From assembly GCA_900696645.1 (NCBI GenBank), contig CAADGV010000043.1, forward strand, positions 66,848-130,847: DNA of 64,000 nt. Direction: 5' to 3'. Source of the stretch: an uncultured Chlorobiota bacterium (GTDB lineage: Bacteria > Bacteroidota > Ignavibacteria > UBA10030 > UBA6906). Position numbers and translations under genes: made by a program. The notes under the pieces were generated by a model. The model was not told where the DNA came from. It made no database searches and saw only the letters and a list, made by a program, of their open reading frames with translations. This document shows positions 9,551 through 18,919 of this stretch, piece by piece. Each line of letters opens with the position of its first letter. Positions within the stretch are counted from its first letter, which is position 1.

Positions 9551-9892
9551 ATGAACGTCATTCATACGATAGATGTCGCACATCCGCCGCTGCACCCCGA
9601 TGTTGTTGAACGTGAACTGAATACTGCGCTTTCGACGGTGAGAAATTCTTCCTCGCTGCGCGTTCTCAAGATCATTCATGGTCACGGCAGCACAGGCAAG
9701 GGGGGCTCGACCAAGGAGATTGTTCGGAATTGGGCGTTCCGTCAGCGTTCAAGGGTGAGAGGAATAATCAACGGCGAGAACTACGAAGTCTATGATGCCG
9801 ACGTTCAGGAAATGCGAAGTGAAGTGGGGCAGTACCCTGACATCGACCTGAACAGCGGGAATCCGGGCATTACCGTGGTATGGGTGAAGTGA
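9551..9892 (+). CDS. Smr-domain protein
   Basis: LRVLKIIHGHGSTGKGG matches the Smr LxIIHGKG core. Confidence 0.55.
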   Translation: MNVIHTIDVAHPPLHPDVVERELNTALSTVRNSSSLRVLKIIHGHGSTGKGGSTKEIVRNWAFRQRSRVRGIINGENYEVYDADVQEMRSEVGQYPDIDLNSGNPGITVVWVK

Positions 9893-9896
9893 GGGG

Positions 9897-10220
9897 CTAA
9901 TTCCCCATCCCTAATTTCTTCCGTGCCTCTTCCGACATCATGGCGGGAGACCATGCGGGCTGCCATACGATGCGAACATCCGCCTCCTTCACGCCGGGAA
10001 TTTTCATGACGCGGTTCCGCACGTTCTGCGAAATCATTCCGCTCATGCCGCAACCCGGCGAGGTCAGCGTCATCTTCACGCCAACCCAATCGTCGATGAT
10101 CTTCACATCATAAATAAGCCCGAGGTCAACAAGGTTGACGGGAATTTCAGGGTCGTAGCATTCGCGGAGGGCATCGTACACTGAAGCTTCGGAGATTGCT
10201 GTCATGCTCTGTTCTGCCAT
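9897..10220 (-). CDS. DUF59/MIP18-family Fe-S assembly protein (SufT-like)
   Basis: VYDALRECYDPEIPVNLVDLGLIYDV...MTLTSPGCGM; start set at MAEQS (cat at 10218-10220). Confidence 0.7.
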   Translation of the reverse strand: MAEQSMTAISEASVYDALRECYDPEIPVNLVDLGLIYDVKIIDDWVGVKMTLTSPGCGMSGMISQNVRNRVMKIPGVKEADVRIVWQPAWSPAMMSEEARKKLGMGN

Positions 10221-10426
10221 GATTGTCGTTCCTTCAATATCTTCATTGGCGCATTGTTGCTGTACCAAAGTACGCAATCGTGTGTGAAATATCAATGAAG
10301 AAAAGGGCGAACCGGCAAGTCGTACTTGATTGTTGCTAACGGATTGAAGGGATTGGATTTCTGGGTCGTCTCGGTTGCGTGATCGTCATGGTACCGTGAC
10401 GACAAGCTTATTGGGTTAATGAAGTT

Positions 10427-10465
10427 GCTGTCACGGTGCAGGATGGTTCAGGAAACCGTGACAGC
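10427..10465. repeat. 11-bp perfect inverted repeat GCTGTCACGGT / ACCGTGACAGC (third half-site ACCGTGACGAC at 10393-10403)
   Basis: Seen directly; 17-nt spacer; starts 5 nt after the TGA stop of the 10470-11579 gene and lies upstream of the SufT-like gene; no T-tract follows. Confidence 0.5.
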
Positions 10466-10469
10466 CCAG

Positions 10470-11579
10470 TCACACTGAGTTCTCGTTTAGCCCCGGGCTC
10501 GTTTCATTCGTAAGCTCGAGCGGCACTATTGTTCCATTCGAGAGTTTCAGATTGATTGCCGTAATCTCGACCGAGAAGAATGCCGAGGTATCGGTCAATA
10601 CAGGATCCAGCCGTGCAGACCCGGTTTGCTCGCGCAATGGTTTCTTTTGATGATACGGCCGCCGGGCAACGACAGCCCGTCTGCTGTATTGCGTGGAAAC
10701 CACAGAACTCAATGTGCTCTTTTCCGCCCGATTTGTTTCCGTTCCGAACACGAGTTGGTATGGCGGACCGGTAACATCTGTTCCCGCCATGCGTGTTGAT
10801 GCAAGCGGACCGTTAGACCCGGCAATGACAAGATTCGGATGGATCAATGACTCATATGCTTCGGTTACTGTCCATTCCTCACCCGCGCTTTCAGCTTTGT
10901 ACGTGCTCGATCCGTCATCCCATGCACAGACTATGTTCCCTGAAGATAAGTTGCTGACCGTCGGACGTGAGAAATCGACAGCAGGGGAATTACTAACGAA
11001 TTCATGAGCCTCTTCCCATTTGTCATCGTGCCAGAGTTGGTACATTACTCTCTGTTGCTGCTCTTGCTGTGGGTTGGATGCTTCCCATACAACATGGGCT
11101 TCGCCTGGACTGTTCGACGTATTGGCGCTTACCTGTGAGGAGCGCGACAGCGGGGCAACACTCGCCGGTACGACTTCATCAACCGAACCGACGTAGTCGA
11201 TGATTTTGACATTCTGCCTGTTGTCATACGTCAGAAAGAAATTCGCATCGCTAACGCCGGAAACGCTCGGGCTCAAATAACCGGAGTACAGCATCTCCTC
11301 ACCAGCCCATTCCCAGTCGCCATTCTCCGGATACGCGAAATTCATCCATAAACCTCCCGTGCCTTCCCAAAAGGCATACAGCCACGGACCGCCGAAATAA
11401 TCGACACGCGTGATGACGGGTCTCGTGTCAATATTGGTGCTGATTGACGTCGAGTTAAGTTGAACTGAGGACGAAATTCCGGCCTCCGGAAACGGCGGTA
11501 TGGTAAACATGATTTGGTAATTGCCGCCGGACTGCTTCCGGTACACGGCATACAAGTCTGTATCGCACGGATCATTCAA
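10470..11579 (-). CDS. Hypothetical protein, N-terminus unresolved (TTG start in ORF track; possibly a 5'-truncated or frameshifted gene)
   Basis: The ORF begins with TTG at 11577-11579, not ATG. The same frame stays open upstream to a stop at 11757-11759 and encodes protein-like sequence (...AWWYDTRFTNSGATASAPSIALWTECVTSSP). No signal peptide, and no ATG/GTG/TTG in that stretch. Confidence 0.4.
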   Translation of the reverse strand: MNDPCDTDLYAVYRKQSGGNYQIMFTIPPFPEAGISSSVQLNSTSISTNIDTRPVITRVDYFGGPWLYAFWEGTGGLWMNFAYPENGDWEWAGEEMLYSGYLSPSVSGVSDANFFLTYDNRQNVKIIDYVGSVDEVVPASVAPLSRSSQVSANTSNSPGEAHVVWEASNPQQEQQQRVMYQLWHDDKWEEAHEFVSNSPAVDFSRPTVSNLSSGNIVCAWDDGSSTYKAESAGEEWTVTEAYESLIHPNLVIAGSNGPLASTRMAGTDVTGPPYQLVFGTETNRAEKSTLSSVVSTQYSRRAVVARRPYHQKKPLREQTGSARLDPVLTDTSAFFSVEITAINLKLSNGTIVPLELTNETSPGLNENSV

Positions 11580-11831
11580 AGGGCTGCTTGTGACGCACTC
11601 AGTCCAAAGGGCAATGGACGGCGCGCTCGCTGTGGCGCCACTGTTGGTGAAGCGTGTATCATACCACCATGCCGCTCCGTTGTCGAACGAAACATTCCAC
11701 CAAAGTTCACCCGCGCTGGGATAGGCAAGGGCATACAGCTCCTCTCCGTGGGTTCCTCACAGCATTGGGGCAGTTTGTTCTGGTTCTTCTATGCCCTTGA
11801 TGTTTACCCTCCTTTCACGTCTTGTTCTTGT

Positions 11832-13157
11832 TCATCTTCGACCAACAAGAGCCATTCCGCGACTTCCTAACCACCCTACAGCAACGATCATGTTCCCTTT
11901 TGCCGCAACTGAATGGTAAAGCCCCGAGCCTAACCAGATTTCGGGATACACGTGCCAACGTACTCCATTGAAGTGCCCGGCAAACCTGAAGTCTCCGACC
12001 ACAAAGATATCATTGGCTGCTGTTCCACGTATGCTGTTCGTGTAAATCAGCGGCAATTGTTGCTCCGTCCAAGAGTTCCCCCGTTGAATGGCAAAAACGC
12101 CTCCGCCCGAAGTGTAAACTCGTGAATTCAAGTTGAACCAAACTGAGTGGATTCTTCTAGTTTGCATAGGCCAGGCGAGAGAATCGAGAACCCCATGCTG
12201 ATTGATTCGCAGAAGTTTCTTTTCACCTCCTTCGTACTTGTTCGATGCAGCTACCAGTATCTGGTTTTCTCCCATCCATCGATTGTTTCCACCCCACACA
12301 TCATTGAGCGATACCGTCGTCCCGCTCTCCAACTGCCGCCACGTCGTACCTGATTTATGTACGATGAAGCCATTGTTGCCAACAAACCAGAGGTCATCCG
12401 AATTGCTTCCCCAAATCTTACTTGCACTCCCCACGCCTTGTACGCCGGCATGTTCTGTCCAGTTGGCTCCGTCAAAATGTTGCGCAGTGCCTGCCGCAAC
12501 CCATATATCGTCAGGGCCAAATGCGAAGATCGCCCGGATAGGCGTGAAGAGGAAGAACTCCGGGCCGCAATTGGGATAATACAAACGGCAATCAAAAAGC
12601 CGCCGCATTAACTCCCATCGCTGACCGTTCCACCGCGCGATGTTAAACGGAGGATTAACCCAGTTACCCGAAGAATCCCGTTTCCAGATTTCCCCTACTG
12701 CATACACCAACGTATCGTTGATGATCGCTACGTCGTACAGCACGCTGCTGCCACCATCTCCCAACGTATCTACCTGCCATGTGAAGTTGTGACTCGTTGT
12801 GTCCATCGTCGTCAGTTGCACGGCTGCGCTTGTCTCAATCACGCTTGAGTCACTATCAAGCTTTTGCAGTTGGTACGTGTAGGTGCGGTTGGGGAGTAAA
12901 CCCTCGTCAACAAGCAGAGAGTCAAAGGAAATCAGTCGAAGAGTCTGTTTAGTTTGTGGAGTCGGGCCAAGCAATACGAGGCGGACTGTGGCGGGTACTT
13001 CAGTTGTGCTTGCCGTTAACCAGGCCTCCGTGCAACTCGCGTCTTCGGCTTTGAATGCTATTGTTGCCTGTTGCGGCGGCGGTGGCAGAACGGGGGGATC
13101 TTTTTTGCAACTGAATGCAAGAGCAAAACAAATCGGGATCAGCAGATAGTTCTTCAT
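11832..13157 (-). CDS. Lipoprotein with Fn3-like domain and beta-propeller-like repeats
   Basis: MKNYLLIPICFALAFSCKK lipobox; strong Shine-Dalgarno GGAGGAG 6 nt upstream; repeated DIWVAAG / DLWFVGNNG / IFVVGD blades; ends in TGA. Confidence 0.65.
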   Translation of the reverse strand: MKNYLLIPICFALAFSCKKDPPVLPPPPQQATIAFKAEDASCTEAWLTASTTEVPATVRLVLLGPTPQTKQTLRLISFDSLLVDEGLLPNRTYTYQLQKLDSDSSVIETSAAVQLTTMDTTSHNFTWQVDTLGDGGSSVLYDVAIINDTLVYAVGEIWKRDSSGNWVNPPFNIARWNGQRWELMRRLFDCRLYYPNCGPEFFLFTPIRAIFAFGPDDIWVAAGTAQHFDGANWTEHAGVQGVGSASKIWGSNSDDLWFVGNNGFIVHKSGTTWRQLESGTTVSLNDVWGGNNRWMGENQILVAASNKYEGGEKKLLRINQHGVLDSLAWPMQTRRIHSVWFNLNSRVYTSGGGVFAIQRGNSWTEQQLPLIYTNSIRGTAANDIFVVGDFRFAGHFNGVRWHVYPEIWLGSGLYHSVAAKGNMIVAVGWLGSRGMALVGRR

Positions 13158-13190
13158 AGTCTCCTCCGCTTAAGAGAAAAACTTTCTATT

Positions 13191-13300
13191 ATGAGATGAG
13201 ATGAGATGAGATGAGATGAGATGAGATGAGATGAGATGAGATGAGATGAGATGAGATGAGATGAGATGAGATGAGATGAGATGAGATGAGATGAGATGAG
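13191..13300. repeat. Perfect pentanucleotide microsatellite (ATGAG)22 (CTCAT on the gene strand) in the promoter / 5' region of the lipoprotein gene
   Basis: Seen directly: 110 bp of uninterrupted ATGAG units, 34-144 nt upstream of the ATG at 13157, just upstream of the Shine-Dalgarno sequence. Confidence 0.95.
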
Positions 13301-13586
13301 ACATCTTTCCAAGGTGAAGCTACAACCCTGTCGCCACGCCATCCCACAATCTCATCCAAGTCAAAGAACAACTAAACCAAAGTGAGCAAGCTTGGAACAT
13401 CTTCGACTGGCCGCAATATAACATCATCGCAGCAAGAAGTCAAGAATAATCGTAAGAAAAGGCGAAAGAGAATTGCAGTTTGGTGAGTGGCACTACGTCG
13501 TATCGCGTGTTGCGGTGTTCAAGGACAACCTACTGACAACGAAGGGGCCAAGAGATAAATTCAAGGAGAGGAATTGTCGAGGGAAC

Positions 13587-14054
13587 CTACAGAAGGAGAA
13601 ATTCCTTCAACTCTTCAAACGACGAGAAGATCAGCGTCGTACATCCCAACACCCACCCGGGAATTTCTGTGTACGGCATTGCCGTAACCATGTAGACGGG
13701 TTTGCCGAAGTATTTCGCCATCGTCAACTCTCCTTTTGTGCCGGCGCCGCGCATCGCGGAATCATCCCAATAACAAATCACTAACTCCGAACGTTCGGCA
13801 ATCTCCTTGCAGTCGATTTCAACAAGCTTCGCAACAATAGCAGCGTACGTGACGATGTCTTTTTCCTTGAGGGCACGAATATCAATATGGGGATAATTGC
13901 GGGCAAAGAAGCGGTCGCTTTCGACGTTGGGATTGAAGACCCTGCACTTGAGTCTTTCTTCGAGCCAATCGTGCATCTCCTGCCTCCAGTCACGCCCTTC
14001 ATTCTCCGCGTATTCCATCCCACCGGAAAGATAGACATGTGTGAAGTTCGTCAT
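13587..14054 (-). CDS. Nucleoside 2-deoxyribosyltransferase-like (Rossmann-like) protein
   Basis: VYLSGGMEY N-terminus, acidic residue pattern and size fit the NDT-like/YtoQ-like fold; weak call. Confidence 0.35.
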   Translation of the reverse strand: MTNFTHVYLSGGMEYAENEGRDWRQEMHDWLEERLKCRVFNPNVESDRFFARNYPHIDIRALKEKDIVTYAAIVAKLVEIDCKEIAERSELVICYWDDSAMRGAGTKGELTMAKYFGKPVYMVTAMPYTEIPGWVLGCTTLIFSSFEELKEFLLL

Positions 14055-14063
14055 GGGAAGATC

Positions 14064-14729
14064 TCAGCGCAGCATATCAAGTGCATACACGTTGACGGCG
14101 GGAAGCAGCAATGCATACAGCGCCCACATCGCCGCGCCGACGCTGAGCGGAATCGAGAGATTGTCATCAAGAATCGTAAACCACGATTCAACGACTGTCC
14201 CGACGAGCGCGGCAACCGCGCCGATGAGATACTCCATAAATCCGCCGTCGACTTTCGGGGTGAGGACAACCACAACGAGAGCGCTGAGAAAAAATGCGGC
14301 GGCCCCTTCGAGGCTCTTGTTCAGAAAGCGTCGCTTGCCAAACTTGCGTCCCACCAGCGCCGCGAGAGTATCGGAAACGATCAGAATGGAGAAGGCGGTG
14401 ATGAATACAACTTTCGGAAAGATCCAGATGAAGATACAGGCGGCAAGCAACACATACGTTGCGCCGTTGAGACTGCGCTTGCCGTCGTCAAGCTCATGTT
14501 TTCTCAGCAGCCAGCCAAACAGCTTGTGGTAGAATTGCCGGGTCGGGGGGTGATAGACGCGGGCAACATCCGACAGCCCGAACACCAGCGTAAGAGGAAG
14601 AAGAATGGACAACGCCGTGGATTTGGTGATGAAGTAGTAAACAACGGGAATCGAAAGCGAGCAGAGGTGAATTGTCTTTCGGACTAATTCAACAGCATAA
14701 CTCTGCTCGACATTCGGAAAGTCATTCAT
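14064..14729 (-). CDS. CTP-dependent polyprenol/diacylglycerol kinase-like (dolichol/phytol kinase, cytidylyltransferase superfamily) membrane protein
   Basis: Six TM helices; SDTLAALVGRKFGKRRF motif; 4-nt overlap with the ftsH stop. Confidence 0.55.
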   Translation of the reverse strand: MNDFPNVEQSYAVELVRKTIHLCSLSIPVVYYFITKSTALSILLPLTLVFGLSDVARVYHPPTRQFYHKLFGWLLRKHELDDGKRSLNGATYVLLAACIFIWIFPKVVFITAFSILIVSDTLAALVGRKFGKRRFLNKSLEGAAAFFLSALVVVVLTPKVDGGFMEYLIGAVAALVGTVVESWFTILDDNLSIPLSVGAAMWALYALLLPAVNVYALDMLR

Positions 14730-16762
14730 TTCTTGATATCGGAGGAGCCAACGGGGGCAGGTTCGATGTGTCCGTTCCCCCGCTTTTCCAATGGCGGAAG
14801 TTCTTCGCCGCGAATGATGGTGTCGATCTCGTTCGCGTCAAGAATCTCGCGTTCGAGCAACGCCTGCGAAAGCCGGTGCAGCAAATCCATATGCTCGCGG
14901 AGAATCTTCTCCGCACGGTTCATGCCGCCCTCGACAATTTTCTTCACTTCGGCGTCAATGGCAATCGCCGTGTCTTCGCTGTAATTTCTCTGGCGTGTGA
15001 TTTGCCGCCCGAGGAAGATCTCTTCATCTTTCTGGCCGTACGTCAACGGGCCGAGCGTCTCGCTCATGCCCCACTCGCAGACCATTTTTCTGGCAATTTC
15101 CGTGGAACGCTCAATGTCGTTGCCTGCGCCGGTTGTCAGCTCACCGAAAATCAATTTCTCGGCCGCCCGTCCACCCAACGCGTAGCAAATCATGGCTTCG
15201 AGGTACGCCTTGGAATACGTGTGTTTCTCATCTATAGGAAGATACGTTGTTAAGCCGAGCGCCCTGCCACGAGGGATGATCGTCACTTTGTGCACGGGAT
15301 CGGCTTCGGGAATCATCCGCGCAACTAACACGTGCCCGATTTCGTGATACGACGTGATCTTCTTTTCTTTCTCAGAAATGATCATGCTCTTGCGTTCCAT
15401 CCCCATCATCACCTTGTCTTTTGCGTCTTCAAAATGCTGCATCGTCACTGCCTTGGCATTCTGACGTGCAGCAAGCAACGCTGCTTCGTTCACGAGGTTT
15501 GCAAGCTCGGCGCCCGCAAGTCCGGGTGAGCCTTTGGCAAGAGTCTCGAGTTTCACATCCTCGGCAAGCGGAATGTTCTTCGTATGCACGCGGAGAATCC
15601 CTTCCCTTCCCTTCACATCGGGACGGTCAACAACAACCTGCCGGTCGAAGCGGCCGGGACGCATGAGCGCGGGATCGAGTACATCAGGACGATTCGTAGC
15701 CGCGATAATAATGACGCCGCTGTTTTGCTCAAAGCCATCCATCTCGACAAGCAGTTGATTCAGTGTTTGCTCGCGTTCATCGTGCCCACCGCCGAGACCC
15801 GCGCCGCGGTGGCGTCCGACGGCGTCAATTTCGTCGATGAAGATTATGCACGGAGCGCTTTTCTTTCCTTGCTCAAACAAATCGCGCACACGGCTTGCCC
15901 CGACACCGACGAACATCTCGACAAAATCAGCTCCTGAGATTGAAAAGAACGGAACTCCTGCTTCACCGGCAACCGCGCGGGCAAGCAATGTCTTGCCGGT
16001 TCCCGGAGGGCCGAGCAGAAGTACGCCTCGTGGAATTTTTCCTCCGAGCTTCTGAAACTTCGTCGGCTCCTTTAAGAACTCAATAATCTCCTGCAACTCG
16101 ACTTTTGCTTCATCGGCTCCGGCGACGTCGAGGAATGTGACTTTCGGAGCCCCTTCGTTCAGCATTTTAGCCCGACTCTTCCCGAACGAGAAAATTCCCT
16201 TGGGCCCGCCGCCCTGCATCCTGCGCATGATGATAAGCCAAACGACGAGCAGAAGAATCCACGGCAGGATGCCGATAAGCGCGCTGATCCACGTGTTGTC
16301 TTCGCGAACAACGGTAAATTTGAGTCCGCGATCAGTCCAGTCTTTTATGACAGCGCTGTCGAGAATAGGCAGCGTGAGAACAAACTTGTCAAACACGACT
16401 TCCTTGCCGCCCCGCATCACTCTCTTGCGTTCACGTAACTTGCCGTGAAAATCATAGTTGGCCAAATCGGATTTCTTGATTGTGGCCTCGGCGATATCGT
16501 TCGCTTGCAGATATGCCTGATACTCGGTGTATGTGATTTCCTGCTCGGCGCCTTCGGGCCCTTTGAACATCTGCATCATCACAAACACGAGAACAATAAT
16601 TGCCGACCAACTGAGAACGACCTTCAGCACTCTGTTCCAGTTGAAATCATCATCCGGTCGGAATTGCTGCCCGGGACGTTTCTTTCCGGGTCGCTGAAAC
16701 CCGCGCTTCTTGTCCGAATCCCCGGAACGCATACCGCCGTCTGTCTTCTTTTTTTCGTCCAT
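14726..16762 (-). CDS. ftsH: ATP-dependent zinc metalloprotease FtsH
   Basis: Two N-terminal TM segments; Walker [24 protein letters not shown]; second region of homology (SRH) motif; HEIGHVL zinc site. Confidence 0.95.
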   Translation of the reverse strand: MDEKKKTDGGMRSGDSDKKRGFQRPGKKRPGQQFRPDDDFNWNRVLKVVLSWSAIIVLVFVMMQMFKGPEGAEQEITYTEYQAYLQANDIAEATIKKSDLANYDFHGKLRERKRVMRGGKEVVFDKFVLTLPILDSAVIKDWTDRGLKFTVVREDNTWISALIGILPWILLLVVWLIIMRRMQGGGPKGIFSFGKSRAKMLNEGAPKVTFLDVAGADEAKVELQEIIEFLKEPTKFQKLGGKIPRGVLLLGPPGTGKTLLARAVAGEAGVPFFSISGADFVEMFVGVGASRVRDLFEQGKKSAPCIIFIDEIDAVGRHRGAGLGGGHDEREQTLNQLLVEMDGFEQNSGVIIIAATNRPDVLDPALMRPGRFDRQVVVDRPDVKGREGILRVHTKNIPLAEDVKLETLAKGSPGLAGAELANLVNEAALLAARQNAKAVTMQHFEDAKDKVMMGMERKSMIISEKEKKITSYHEIGHVLVARMIPEADPVHKVTIIPRGRALGLTTYLPIDEKHTYSKAYLEAMICYALGGRAAEKLIFGELTTGAGNDIERSTEIARKMVCEWGMSETLGPLTYGQKDEEIFLGRQITRQRNYSEDTAIAIDAEVKKIVEGGMNRAEKILREHMDLLHRLSQALLEREILDANEIDTIIRGEELPPLEKRGNGHIEPAPVGSSDIKK

Positions 16763-16784
16763 CTCTTCCTCGTTAACGTAAAAA

Positions 16785-17339
16785 TCAGCTTTCTTTCAAC
16801 CGGTAGATTGCCTTGAGATGACGCAGCTTCTGCGCGTAATCAAGGCCGTAGCCGATCACAAAATCCTTCGGAATCGAAAATCCGATGTAGTCAATCTTCA
16901 TCTGCGTTTTTACCGCATCCTTCTTGTACAGTAGAGTAACAACGCGAAACGACTTTGGGTTCTGATGGAGAATCAGATCGCGGATATACTCCATGGAGAG
17001 TCCGGAATCGATAATATCTTCCACAATGATGATGTCGCGTCCCTCCACCTGGCAATTCAAATCCTTCAGCAGCCGGACGTTCCCCGACGAAATCTTCGCA
17101 TCTCCGTAGCTGGAGAGCTTGAGAAAGTCGATTTCACAATCAATGCTCACTTCGCGAATCAAGTCTGAAAAGAAAATAAAAGAGCCGTTCAGAATACCGA
17201 TAAATACCGGCACGGTGCCTTTGTAGTCTTTGCTGATCGTCCGGGCAAGCTCCTTCACTTTTGCCTTGATGCGACGCTCGCTCAGCATGACAACGAAGCG
17301 ATCGCCGTTAATTTTCAGACTTTTTTTGTTGAAGGGCAT
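16785..17339 (-). CDS. hpt: Hypoxanthine-guanine phosphoribosyltransferase
   Basis: IIIVEDIIDSGLSM PRPP-binding loop; ...DYIGFSIPKDFVIGYGLDYAQKLRHL; overlaps the tilS 3' end by 32 nt. Confidence 0.9.
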   Translation of the reverse strand: MPFNKKSLKINGDRFVVMLSERRIKAKVKELARTISKDYKGTVPVFIGILNGSFIFFSDLIREVSIDCEIDFLKLSSYGDAKISSGNVRLLKDLNCQVEGRDIIIVEDIIDSGLSMEYIRDLILHQNPKSFRVVTLLYKKDAVKTQMKIDYIGFSIPKDFVIGYGLDYAQKLRHLKAIYRLKES

Positions 17340-18732
17340 TCTGCTTTGGTAATATGGAAAAATGAAGTTTCATCACCCGCCGCGTTTCCATCGTGACTTT
17401 GAATCTTTCGTCAATTCTGTATCCGCACACCCACACAATGTCGCCCCCTTTTGTTTCGAGAATCGGAACGAACGGCTTCTCGAACACCGGAATCTTGGCG
17501 TCGACGAAGAAATCGCTGAGCTTCTTGCGGCTTGTCATACCCAGCGGAATGAACCAATCTCCTTCCCGCCACGAGCGGATGATAAGCTCCTGGCCTTCAA
17601 CCTTGTCCGCATCGATATACTCGGTATCCCTGCCGTTCGTCGGGGCGATGCGCGTTTCAAGGATTTCCGACGAAAACTCGAACCGCTCGAACCGGTAGCG
17701 ATGAGCCGGAAGAACCGCAAACCGGAACTCCACCTTCTCTTCAACGCGTCGAAAGATCAGATGATCCCGGTCCCGATAGACAACGGAATTCTTGTCGATT
17801 TCGACTCGCGATCCGGTCAACCCTTCTGTTAACTCCAGCACCCGGCTTACGTTGTCGTATTCGAGTTTAGTTCCGGAGAATGCTTCGGAAGCCATCATGA
17901 CAATGTAGTGCTGGATCAACTTCGGAATCGTACGCAGCTTTGTGATTGAAAGATGCAGTTCCTCATTACTGTCGAACACAACAACGGACTGGTACTGGGC
18001 GCGGGCAGTCTCTCGGAGAAATACATCCAACTCACGAAACAACTCCGCCGATCGACTCATCGTCGAAACAACACCAGGATTCACTTCCTCTTTGATGAGA
18101 GGAAGGATCCGATGTCTGACAAAATTCCGTGTGTAATACTCCTTCTCGTTGGAGGAATCAATGCGGAATGTCAGATGCTCGGCGGCCGCGTAGGCCTCAA
18201 TCTCCGACCGTTCAGCAAACAGCAACGGCCGGATGATCCGCCGATCTTCGCGATACACGGGAATTCCGGAAAGACCCGTAACGCCGGAACCGCGGAACAG
18301 ATTCATCATGATCGTTTCAACATTGTCGTCGGCATTATGTGCCGTGGCAATTTTGTCGAACCCGCTTGAAAGCAACAGTTTGTCAAAGAACTCATACCGC
18401 AAGATGCGGGCGGCCTCTTGAATCCCAACACGATGCTGTTGCGCAAATGCTTCAGTATCGGCATGCTCCACATACAATTCAAATCCGTAGTGGCGTGCCA
18501 TGCGCACAACAAGGGCCTCATCGCCGTCGGATTCAGCACCCCGCAACCCGAAGTTGAAATGGGCGACTATAACCGTCAGCCCGAACGACTCCTGCTCCTT
18601 TGCGAGCAAGTCCAGCAACACCATTGAGTCGGCCCCGCCACTGACTGCGGCAATAATCCGATCACGCTCTTCAATGAGATGCTTCCGCCGGCTGAACTCA
18701 TGAAATTGCGTGACAAAAGCTCTCGACGACAT
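17308..18732 (-). CDS. tilS: tRNA(Ile)-lysidine synthetase TilS
   Basis: PP-loop IIAAVSGGADSMVLLDLL; TilS C-terminal domain; start set at MSSRAF (cat at 18730-18732); conserved tilS-hpt-ftsH synteny. Confidence 0.85.
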   Translation of the reverse strand: MSSRAFVTQFHEFSRRKHLIEERDRIIAAVSGGADSMVLLDLLAKEQESFGLTVIVAHFNFGLRGAESDGDEALVVRMARHYGFELYVEHADTEAFAQQHRVGIQEAARILRYEFFDKLLLSSGFDKIATAHNADDNVETIMMNLFRGSGVTGLSGIPVYREDRRIIRPLLFAERSEIEAYAAAEHLTFRIDSSNEKEYYTRNFVRHRILPLIKEEVNPGVVSTMSRSAELFRELDVFLRETARAQYQSVVVFDSNEELHLSITKLRTIPKLIQHYIVMMASEAFSGTKLEYDNVSRVLELTEGLTGSRVEIDKNSVVYRDRDHLIFRRVEEKVEFRFAVLPAHRYRFERFEFSSEILETRIAPTNGRDTEYIDADKVEGQELIIRSWREGDWFIPLGMTSRKKLSDFFVDAKIPVFEKPFVPILETKGGDIVWVCGYRIDERFKVTMETRRVMKLHFSILPKQNALQQKKSEN

Positions 18733-18919
18733 CGCTTGCGTGTTTCCCCCGTTGGAAATGGCGGAAGCCTCGAAAACCTGACTCCGCCGACGAAAAATGC
18801 CCTTTTTCAATATCGATCTGCACGCCGATAAAAAGGTACTGAATATGATAAGGAATTTGAGATTCTTTTGCTATCCCCGACTTCATACTGAAATGGAACA
18901 ACGGTGGAGTGCTGCGAGG

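Noticed and set aside
11757-11834. Possible selenocysteine or read-through at the in-frame TGA that ends the lipoprotein gene, which would join it to the downstream ORF
   Set aside because: A second in-frame stop (TGA at 11757-11759) follows only 25 codons later, and the upstream protein has a normal-looking C-terminus. A broken or independently starting downstream gene is the more parsimonious reading.
13191-13300. CRISPR array
   Set aside because: The repeats are contiguous 5-nt units with no spacers. The other repeats ((GAGGAT)n at 56926-56953, and the inverted repeats) are also not CRISPR-like. No cas genes are present.
13154-13371. Two minus-strand ORFs (62 and 60 aa) translating as (ISSHL)n
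   Set aside because: They are simply translations of the (ATGAG)22 microsatellite. No start context and no flanking coding signal.
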